Shown: piece by piece, positions 36,901 through 48,900 of the stretch
Position numbering within the stretch: position 1 is the first letter of the stretch
Layout of the letters: each line of letters begins with the position of its first letter
Source: Mytilus edulis
Lineage: Eukaryota
Assembly: GCF_963676685.1 (NCBI RefSeq)
Contig: NC_092352.1
Span: 20,708,001-20,772,000, forward strand
Direction: 5' to 3'
DNA: 64,000 bases
Program-made: the position numbers and the translations under genes
The notes under the pieces: model-generated
The model's input: only the letters and a program-made list of their open reading frames with translations
What the model was told of the DNA's origin: nothing
Databases searched by the model: none

Positions 36901-39900
36901 ACTGAATGCTTTCATCTGAATAAATATTTTATTGGCAGATATAAGCAGTTTTCATAGAAAACACATCTGTAAATATTTTGTCTTTTAGTAATCCTGTTCC
37001 ATTGTAAAATTAGTGTTTCCCCTTTAAATGTACATTAAACAGAAATATTGTCATTAAAAAAAAAACTTTCTAAATATGGTCTAAGTTGAGAAGACATTTC
37101 AATATTATAAGTTTTCAGTTGCATATTTTTAAATTAAATTATATCATTCCAGGATAACAGCATAAGGATGTGGAACCTTGACCCAGAAACAGGGATGGTT
37201 CACTGTTGTGGTGAAGGTCAAGGTCACACAAGTTCTGTAGGGTCTATAATCTTTTCTAGGTGAGTTTAAAAGATGAGTAAGACTGTTACATACATTAGAC
37301 ATGTTAGAGAAGGAGAAATTATTTCTTGGCAAAAAAAAAAGAAGTCAAAATGATAAACAGACAGGGGAAAAATTCCACCTAGAAATTGATTACCACAAAC
37401 CCTACAGAAAACCCAGGGTGAAATCTAGTTCTTCGGAAGAATGAGACTTTTCTGCTCCACTATTGACCCCTGTCATGTTGCTTAGGTATACAGGAAAACT
37501 CCTAGTAATTCATAGTATTTGGTATTGTAAGGAAAGAACAAGAAAGGAGAACAGGACTGGCTAGGACAAATCAAACACACCCATGATTAGCAGTGTTTCA
37601 TATTTTGTCTAACAGTCAACCAAAAAATGATTGCATTGATGAAACTTTTTGAGAGCTGACTACAAGCTTACCATTTTTGAAAATTTGTAAATTTATCAAA
37701 TTTTTTTCAAAACTTCACAAATTTTCTGGTACAAATTACACAATGGCAAGAATAACTGTGTTGAAAATAAATCTCTGACTTTTATGTATGCATTTTTGAT
37801 AATAGTATTGTGACAAGAAGATCTGTTTGAACTTGTTTTAGTTTAAGTGGAAAGTTTGTTGTAAGTGGTGGAGAAGACTGTACAATTAAAATGTGGGATG
37901 TCAGTGATGCTAAATATAACCTACACTGTCGAGCTACAGAACGGGCACATGACAAAGATATAAATAGCATTGCAGTATCACCTAATGATAAATATATAGT
38001 CACTGCTTCTCAGGATAAAACTGCCAAGGTATGTTACATTTCAAAACATGGGACTTCACTGCATAGTTATGTTGCATCATAAAACATAGAAATTACCAAA
38101 TTGATTATCACAAGACTGCAATTAGCAGCAGTATTCACTTTACCCCCTGCAACATTTAAGTTCATGTTTTTGTAACCTTGTCTGTTCATCAAATAACTAG
38201 CAGGGTATTTGATGTCCTTACTCCTCTTTTACATTTCAAGCTGGAAGCTTTTTTAATTTTTAGAATATTTATAAATACTTAAGACACATGCATTTTATCA
38301 GGATTTAATTTCTTTACTAAATAATTATTGACGAAGTTTTACATTTAAGGCCAATCGTTTTTTCAGCTTAATATATTATACAGTTAAATATCCAGAACTG
38401 ATCTGTCAACCGTAATGGAAGCTTCATTTAATTGTATATTTCAGTTATGGGTCAGTAAAGATTTATCCATGATTGGAGTATTACGAGGCCACCGGAAGGG
38501 AATTTGGTGTGTCCAGTTTTCACCTGTTGATCAGGTAAAAGAATTTATTTCACAATGATTTGTAAGATATTTGAAAATTCAAATAGTGAAATTTCTTTGT
38601 GTTCATAGACTTTCTTTTTAGCTCACCTGTCCCGAAGGGACAAATGAGCTTATGCCATCACTTGGCGTCCGTCGTCGTCCGTCGTCTGTCGTCGTCTGTC
38701 GTCGTAAACTATTTCAAGAATCTTCTCCTCTGAAACTACTGGGCCAAATACTTTCAAACTTTAACTGAATGTTCTTTAGGGTATCTAATTTATAAATTGT
38801 ATCCGAAGTTTTGATCTATCAACAAACATGGTCGCCATTGCTAAAAATAGAACATAGGGGTCAAATGCAGTTTTTGGCTTATAACTCAAAAACCAAAGCT
38901 ATTTAGAGCAAATCTGACATGGGGTAATATTGTTTATCAGGTCAAGATCTATCTGCCCTGAAATTTTCAGATGAATCAGACAACCCGTTGTTGGGTTTGC
39001 TGCCCCTGAATTGGTAATTTTAAGGAAATTTTGCTGTTTTTGGTTATTATCTTGAATATTATTATAGATAGAGATAAACTGTAAACAGGAATAATGTTCA
39101 GCAAAGTAAGATTTACAAATAAGTCAACATGACGGAAATGGTCAGTTGACCCCTTTAGGAGTTATTGCCCTTTATAGTCAATTTTTAACCATTTTTCGTA
39201 AATCTTAGTAATCTTTTACAAAAATCTTCTCCTCTGAAACTACTGGGCCAAATACTTCCAAACTTTAATTGAATGTTCCTTAGGGTATCTAGTTTGTAAA
39301 TTGTATCCGAAGTTATGATCTATCAACAAACATGGTCGCCATTGCTAAAAATGGAACATAGGGGTCAAATGCAGTTTTTGGCTTATAACTCAAAAACCGA
39401 AGCATTTAGAGCAAATCTGACATGGGGTAATATTGTTTATCAGGTCAAGATCTATCTGCCCTGAAATTTTCAGATGAATCAGACAACCTGTTGTTGGGTT
39501 GCTGCCCCTGAATTGGTAATTTTAAGGAAATTTTGCTGTTTTTGGTTATTATCTTGAATATTATTATAGATAGAGATAAACTGTAAACAGAAATAATGTT
39601 CAGCAAAGTAAGATTTACAAATAAGTCAACATGACGGAAATGGTCAGTTGACCCCTTTAGGAGTTATTGCCCTTTATAGTCAATTTTTAACCATTTTTCG
39701 TAAATCTTAGTAATCTTTTACAAAAAATCTTCTCCTGAAACTACTGGGCCAAATACTTCCAAACTTTAACTGAATGTTCCTTAGGGTATCTAGTTTGTAA
39801 ATTGTATCCGAAGTTATGATCTATCAACAAACATGGTCGCCATTGCTAAAAATAGAACATAGGGGTCAAATGCAGTTTTTGGCTTATAACTCAAAAACCA

Positions 39901-42900
39901 AAGCATTTAGAGCAAATCTGACATGGGGTAATATTGTTTATCAGGTCAAGATCTATCTGCCCTGAAATTTTCAGATGAATCAGACAACCTGTTGTTGGGT
40001 TGCTGCCCCTGAATTGGTAATTTTAAGGAAATTTTGCTGTTTTTGGTTATTATCTTGAATATTATTATAGATAGAGATAAACTGTAAACAGGAATAATGT
40101 TCAGCAAAGTAAGATTTACAAATAAGTCAACATGACGGAAATGGTCAGTTGACCCCTTTAGGAGTTATTGCCCTTTATAGTCAATTTTTAACCATTTTTC
40201 GTAAATCTTAGTAATCTTTTACAAAAAATCTTCTCCTGAAACTACTGGGCCAAATACTTCCAAACTTTAACTGAATGTTCCTTAGGGTATCTAGTTTGTA
40301 AATTGTATCCGAAGTTATGATCTATCAACAAACATGGTCGCCATTGCTAAAAATGGAACATAGGGGTCAAATGCAGTTTTTGGCTTATAACTCAAAAACC
40401 GAAGCATTTAGAGCAAATCTGACATGGGGGTAATATTGTTTATCAGGTCAAGATCTATCTGCCCTGAAATTTTCAGATGAATCAGACAACCTGTTGTTGG
40501 GTTGCTGCCCCTGAATTGGTAATTTTAAGGAAATTTTGCTGTTTTTGGTTATTATCTTGAATATTATTATAGATAGAGATAAACTGTAAACAGAAATAAT
40601 GTTCAGCAAAGTAAGATTTACAAATAAGTCAACATGACGGAAATGGTCAGTTGACCCCTTTAGGAGTTATTGCCCTTTATAGTCAATTTTTAACCATTTT
40701 TCGTAAATCTTAGTAATCTTTTACAAAAAATCTTCTCCTGAAACTACTGGGCCAAATACTTCCAAACTTTAACTGAATGTTCCTTAGGGTATCTAGTTTG
40801 TAAATTGTATCCGAAGTTATGATCTATCAACAAACATGGTCGCCATTGCTAAAAATAGAACATAGGGGTCAAATGCAGTTTTTGGCTTATAACTCAAAAA
40901 CCAAAGCATTTAGAGCAAATCTGACATGGGGTAATATTGTTTATCAGGTCAAGATCTATCTGCCCTGAAATTTTCAGATGAATCAGACAACCTGTTGTTG
41001 GGTTGCTGCCCCTGAATTGGTAATTTTAAGGAAATTTTGCTGTTTTTGGTTATTATCTTGAATATTATTATAGATAGAGATAAACTGTAAACAGGAATAA
41101 TGTTCAGCAAAGTAAGATTTACAAATAAGTCAACATGACGGAAATGGTCAGTTGACCCCTTTAGGAGTTATTGCCCTTTATAGTCAATTTTTAACCATTT
41201 TTCGTAAATCTTAGTAATCTTTTACAAAAAATCTTCTCCTGAAACTACTGGGCCAAATACTTCCAAACTTTAACTGAATGTTCCTTAGAGTATCTAGTTT
41301 GTAAATTGTATCCGAAGTTATGATCTATCAACAAACATGGTCGCCATTGCTAAAAATAGAACAGGGGTCAAATGCAGTTTTTGGCTTATAACTCAAAAAC
41401 CAAAGCATTTAGAGCAAATCTGACATGGGGTAATATTGTTTATCAGGTCAAGATCTATCTGCCCTGAAATTTTCAGATGAATCAGACAACCTGTTGTTGG
41501 GTTGCTGCCCCTGAATTGGTAATTTTAAGGAAATTTTGCTGTTTTTGGTTATTATCTTGAATATTATTATAGATAGAGATAAACTGTAAACAGGAATAAT
41601 GTTCAGCAAAGTAAGATTTACAAATAAGTCAACATGACGGAAATGGTCAGTTGACCCCTTTAGGAGTTATTGCCCTTTATAGTCAATTTTTAACCATTTT
41701 TCGTAAATCTTAGTAATCTTTTACAAAAAATCTTCTCCTGAAACTACTGGGCCAAATACTTCCAAACTTTAACTGAATGTTCCTTAGGGTATCTAGTTTG
41801 TAAATTGTATCCGAAGTTATGATCTATCAACAAACATGGTCGCCATTGCTAAAAATGGAACATAGGGGTCAAATGCAGTTTTTGGCTTATAACTCAAAAA
41901 CCGAAGCATTTAGAGCAAATCTGACATGGGGTAATATTGTTTATCAGGTCAAGATCTATCTGCCCTGAAATTTTCAGATGAATCAGACAACCTGTTGTTG
42001 GGTTGCTGCTCCTGAATTGGTAATTTTAAGGAAATTTTGCTGTTTTTGGTTATTATCTTGAATATTATTATAGATAGAGATAAACTGTAAACAGAAATAA
42101 TGTTCAGCAAAGTAAGATTTACAAATAAGTCAACATGACGGAAATGGTCAGTTGACCCCTTTAGGAGTTATTGCCCTTTATAGTCAATTTTTAACCATTT
42201 TTCGTAAATCTTAGTAATCTTTTACAAAAAATCTTCTCCTGAAACTACTGGGCCAAATACTTCCAAACTTTAACTGAATGTTCCTTAGGGTATCTAGTTT
42301 GTAAATTGTATCCGAAGTTATGATCTATCAACAAACATGGTCGCCATTGCTAAAAATGGAACATAGGGGTCAAATGCAGTTTTTGGCTTATAACTCAAAA
42401 ACCGAAGCATTTAGAGCAAATCTGACGTTGGGTAATATTGTTTATCAGGTCAATTTCTATCTGCCCTGAAATTTTCAGATGAATCAGACAACCTGTTGTT
42501 GGGTTGCTGCCCCTGAATTGATAATTTTAAGGAAATTTTGCTGTTTTTGTTTATTATCTTGAATATAATTATAGATAGAAATAAACTGTAAACAGCAATA
42601 ATGTTCAGCAAAGTAAGATCTTCAATTAAGTCAAATTGACCAAAATTGTCAATTGACCCCTTAAGGAGTTATTGCCCTTTAAAGACTTTTTTTCACAATT
42701 TGTTCATCATGTTGACTTACTTTAAAAAATCTTCTCCTTTGAAACTGCTGTATCAATTTCAGCCAAACTTAGGCTAAATGAGTTTCAGAGTATCTAGTAT
42801 AAATTTTATATTTTATTTCCTTGTATGTCAAGAAACATAGCTCCTATGGCTAAAATAGAACATAGGAGAAAATGATTATTTTTTTTGGCTTTTGAAGAAA

Positions 42901-45900
42901 ATAGGACAATCCAAAAAACATTTAAATAAATTGAAAAGCCAAAATAATCATTGATGAGAGATTTAACCAAAAGAATTAAGGTGAGCGATTCAGGCTCTTG
43001 AGAGCCTCTTGTTTATTTATAAATATCATGTTTTCCTCTAATCATTTGAGTATTTTAAGATAAAAAAAATTATGCTGTTGTAGAAAAAATGAAAATGTGA
43101 AAACAGTACATGTTTTCCATCACAGATTTTATTTTTTTACTTTAACATCAGTTTAATTAAATACTTAAAGTCATATGAAAAGAGTGGCTGGTGAAAAATA
43201 ATGTTTATCCAATTCTTGAACCAATAAACTTATATATCATAAACTTAGTCTTCTGAGCACAATTTTATTTTTCTCTGTCTGTTATGATTAAACAAATATG
43301 GCAGTTCATTAATTGCCGTGTTTTGAAGCAGAAGTTTATGGATTGTCACCTTATAGTAAACAATCAACAAAAAGCATGGATATTGAGCATGTGTTTAACA
43401 TATACAATCAGATAATTGTTTATTTTATTGACAGATTCATGCGTATTGCAATCACCGGATTTTTACGAGACGAGTCACGCTAAGGTCACTTGCATATAGG
43501 AAAAATATGTCGGCGAATTGCTTCCTGGAAGCAAGCAATTAAAATAAAGTAAACTTTTTCTGAATGTGAACAAATAATGAGTTTTCTTTAGGAAAAAGTA
43601 TATGTACATAAGTTTTATAATGAAAACTGAAAACTATCCATTTAGTTAAAAAAATCATATGCATCATTTTTTTTCAATTTTAGGTTTCATATGACTTTAA
43701 ATCTTTTGAAATATAAAGACAATTATGTCGTAGAATTAACTAAAATATTCAGGTCAAATATGCATAGTGCAAAGGTGATCTATGGACAAGAAGGAATTTG
43801 AATTATTCATTTCTGTAAAATTCCATTATAAGATGCTTTACCTATGTTTCAGTGTGCTGTTACCTCATCAGCAGATGGTACCATCAAGATTTGGTCATTA
43901 TCTGACTTTACCTGTGTCAAGGTAAGATATTCAGGGTTATTAATTACTGTGTATCATTATTAATCATAGAATACCAATTATTGTGGTTTTCGTGGCTACA
44001 GGTACAAATTTTCTATAGGCTTGTATGCAGACATTTTTAAAACCATTAAAATTGAATATCCGCAAAAATACATTTTTTTTCATCTGCAATGAATAAGTGA
44101 ATCTACAGTTTCGGACTAAATTTGTATCTGGGTGAGAACTTTTAAGATGTCAGGTACATTTTTGTACTTGAATAATCTGACTATACCTATGTCAAGATAG
44201 AACAAATGATGGATAGACTCATTTCACAAAAAATCTTTGGACAAAAAACTTGCATGTCATGAACATTTTATTTTAACCTGTGATAATTTTTTGTTGTAAG
44301 ATTTTTAATTGTAAAGAACCATTGGTATGTGCATGATCATAGTTTTGTTTAACATTCGTTAAAAATCATTCAGTCAGAAATCAAACTACTATCTCAGTAC
44401 AATAGATATCAATACCAACAAAAAAAGATAATGCTGACACACACAAAGACACTTATAGCGAACCCTATGATAGTTTTCCATAGATTCACCTGCAAGTTAC
44501 CTGTCGATTTAAACTTTTGGCAGTTCTATTGTCCCATCTAACAAATACAACAGGTATTGTTCTCTGTATAGTTTATTCACCAGGACCTTTAAATTTCTTC
44601 TAGGAGAAATATATCACTCATTGATTAATATACCCGAACAAAAAATTGAACTGTCAATGATGAAAAAATACTTATATCAATACTAAGAAAGGACTCACAA
44701 AACTGCATGTGGTGTTGTATTTATTCAATACCAAAAACTCGTTTTTAATGTGTTCAATATTAATAATGTTACCTTATCCAAGCATCATTTATGATGTGAA
44801 GGATAAGGTGCATTATATGAAGAAGCCAAAGGGCTTCGAGGGTTAATAAGTGAACCTTTACTTTATGTCAAGGCCGCACGCCTTTTTTCACAGCTGAGTG
44901 ATTTTTTGTCTGACCACTACTATATAAGCCCGTGCAGAGTAGTGACCAGCCTCTTTTTAAATAACCAAAGCCGCTATTGGCATTTATTGGTCTAAATATT
45001 TATTTTTGGGACGGGCGTATTACTGATTATATAATTTGGGAGGGTACATATTAACCCTCGAAGCCCTTTGGCTTCTTCATATAATGCACCTTATCCTTCA
45101 CATCATAAATGATGCTTGGATAAGGTAACATTATATATCATAATCCTGGGCTTGCTCAGGTTAATAAGTGAACTCTTTGTAGCTCCAATAAATGCAACTT
45201 CCAAAACAGAATAAGAAATAAATGGAAATTAATAACCAACTAATCTCATGAACAATACCAGTAAAAAACTTGAACAGAGATATAAACAAAGAAATTCACC
45301 AAATATAGATATCCAACACAAAACTAATCTGAAAATCAGATCATTCTGACAATTTTTTGTTTAAGACGGACAAGTCTTTGCTCTCAAGTCTTTATTCCAC
45401 ATACTTTTAAATTTCATCAAATACCAATATAGTCTAGTTAGAACCAGTATAGAGCAAATCTTTCATCTAAAAATTATTGTAACAACACAGAAAAAATAAA
45501 AATATATGATTAATTCTTTTAATCTTGTTGTCTATCAATATGCATCACACAATATAATTGGAAAAACAATAATAATGTCCATCACTAGTTAATAAATCTT
45601 ATGTATGTCCATACACGCAACGCGATATCATCACAAATGTCCTTTCACTATTCACTATTATGAATCAACATCTGGAATAATGGTTCCTCCATCTCCAATC
45701 TGTTAGTTCCTTAGACAGTACATCTCCTGATGTAGAAAAACCCTGGAACTGTATCTCTAAGTCATTGTCAGCATCAACATGATCAGGCTGTAAAAGTATG
45801 ATTAAACACTGAATGAACATAATTTGAATTTGTATTGTCTACCTCAATATCCTTACAGTAAAACTTTTTGAAGGTCTGAGCTGATGCCCAATTTGCTGTT

Positions 45901-48900
45901 TTCAGGATATCATTTAATGATATACCTGCTCTTTTAGCTGCAGAAGAGGATGCAGATCTGTATGAATGAGCTTTAAATTTCAACACATTTATGCCTGCAT
46001 TAGACAGTACCAATTTTAACCATCTGGCAATTGAACAGCTTGTTACAGCTTTTAAAGTTCTGAATGAAATAAACAATTTACTACTTTTTCTTAAGTCTTT
46101 AGTTCGGTGAATATAATGTTTTAAAGTTTCAACAGGACAAATTTCTTTTTTCTGAAAGACAGGAATAATAACATCTTGTCCTATGTTTTTAGGTCGTGTC
46201 GTCTTTAATAAAGTTGTGACACGAAATATAAATGATGTGCCTGTACTGAGAACAGAGTTTAAATTAAGACTTGCAAGTGTTTGTGATCTTTGAGCAGATG
46301 CTAGAGCAATTAAAGCAACACATTTGAGAGTTAACATTTTTAAATCTAAATCTTGTAACGGGTACAGAGATTCTAAATAGCTCAATACTTTGCCAACATC
46401 CCAAGTAAACAAATATCTTGGTCTTGGGGGTCTCAGATTAAACACACCCTTCAAAAATCTTTGAATATAACTGTTATTTTCAAAAGATAAGTTACCCAAT
46501 AAAGTCAGTGTCTGACATATTGCTGATTTGTGACTATTTATACAGCTATAAGATCGTCCTTTTTGAAACAAAATGGACAGATAATCTAAAAGTAACTTTA
46601 CAGATGGAGAAGTGGGACTAGTTTGTCTTGAATTACACCACAAAACCCAGCTTCTCCAAGAGTATTCATACTGAACATTGGTTGACTTTCTCCAAGATTT
46701 AAGAAAGATTTTTGTAGTTTTGTCTGAAAAACCTTGATTAAGGAGATGTTTCCTGAAACAAGACAGGCGATAAGAAACATTTTTCTTGTGTTCATTGTAT
46801 GACTTTGATTGTTGTGTGCTAGAGTTAGCAAGTTTGACAACTGAGGCAATTTTACAGGAAAATCTATTAATGCTTTCAATAACTTTGGATACCATAACTG
46901 AGTTGTCCATACAGGGACGATTAAAATTGCCCTGCTTACCTGATCGTCTTCTATCTTTTGAAGTACTCTGCTGATTTGACTGAAAGGAGGAAATATATAA
47001 GGATATAATTTATGCCATGAAAATGAAAAAGCATCAGTTGCATAAGCATCAGGATCTGGAAACCAGCTTACAAAATTATTCAATTGGTTATTAAGCCTTG
47101 AGGCAAACAAATCCGTATCTGGGATGAAAAAATGTTTGGTTACTTCATTAAAAACTGATTCATTGAGTTTCCACTCTGAAGTGTCATTAAAATTTCTTGA
47201 TAAATTATCTGGTATAATATTTTCTTTCCCTGGAATATGAACAGCAGATAGTAAAACTTTGTTTTTTATACACCAATGCCATATTTGTTTTGTTATTTCT
47301 AATAAAGATAAAACTGATCCTCCTTGATTATTTATGTAGTTTACAGCAGTGGAACTATCAGATTTTACACAAATGTGTGTTCTTTCTACGTGACAGCAAA
47401 GTGATATTATGCTAAAATAGATAGCTTTTAATTCTAGAATATTAATGTGTAGACACTGCTCCTCCAAACTCCAATGACCTTGAGTTTGCTTTCCATGAAA
47501 AACAGCTCCCCAACCATTGAGGGAGGCATCTGTATGTAAATAATAACTTGGGGAATCATTTCTAATAGGTCTCCCATTAACTGTTTTAACATTTTCTAAC
47601 CACCAAACTATTTCAGATTTGCCTTCTACTGATATGTTCAAAAATGAATTGAAATTGTTATTTGATGCATGTAAAGCTTGTGTTTTGTCTAAATCTAAAT
47701 ATCTATGAAACAAGTGAGCATATTGTACTGCATAATGTGCAGATGAATAAAGTCCTGTTAATTGTGCTAGACTTCTAATTGATACTTTGTGAGCTTTAAG
47801 CATTTTATTTGACAGTTCAATTATTTTCCGTACTTTCTCCTCTGGTAAAAATACCTTAAATAGTACTGAATCTATAATATATCCCAAAAATATAATTCTA
47901 TTGGTTGGAATAAAAACTGATTTTTCAATATTGATGTCAAACCCAACTGACTCTATAAAGGTTTTAACCTTTTCTGTATTTTGGACTGCCAAATCAAAGT
48001 TTTCTGCTTGCAAAAGGGAATCATCAATGTAAAAATATGAATCAATACCCATGCTCCGAATATGTGAAAAAATTACTTTCAGAATTTTTGTAAATACTCT
48101 TGGAGCAGAAGCAATACCGAAAGGTAGACATTGAAATTCATATAACTTTTCATTCCATATGAATTTTAGATATTTTCTGTCCGATTCATAGATTGAAATG
48201 GAAAAATATGCATCTGTCAAATCCAAAGATGTAAAAAAGCTATTTTTAGAAATTCCTTTTAAAATCAAATCTAGCGTTTCTTGTTTAAAATGGTGATAGC
48301 TTATAAATTGATTCAATGGTTTCAAATTGATGACTGGCCTAAATTTTCCATTTTTCTTTTTTACTAGAAATATATTTGAAATAAACTGTTCTGATTCATC
48401 AAAAGATTCCTTGATAGCACCTTTCTCAAGCATATCAACTATTTCTTTGTCAATAAGGGCCTTTTCCTTATTGTTAAATTTTATAGGAACAGGAATTTTT
48501 TCCTGAATTGGCTTTTCATCAAATTCTATCTTATATCCCTTAATTGTAGAAATAATCCAATTGTCTTTTGTTAAATATTTCCAATTTGAAATAAAATTTT
48601 TCAGTTTACCCGACTTTCTTTTAATATTTATACTTTTATTTCTCACCTTTAAAATCTTCTTTTCTGATTGAAGGTGTTGGGTCTGTTTCCTCTCAATTGA
48701 CCCCGTGGGCTCTGATAACTTTGTCTTGGCTGATAGCCCCTTCTGCCTAAAAAACGGCTTCTTCCCCTGAAACTTCCTCTGTAGTTTGAATTTCTACCAT
48801 AGCTACTAGTAATGTTCTTGTTTATTTTATTAATCTCATTGATATCTTTCAATCGCTTGCCAACTTCATCTCCAAAAAGGTTAGAACCTACATCTTCATT

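Noticed and set aside
45783-46910. Phage integrase, prophage or bacterial contamination
   Set aside because: The recombinase overlaps an RT-RNaseH ORF within DIRS ITR/ICR ends, inside an intron of a spliced gene.
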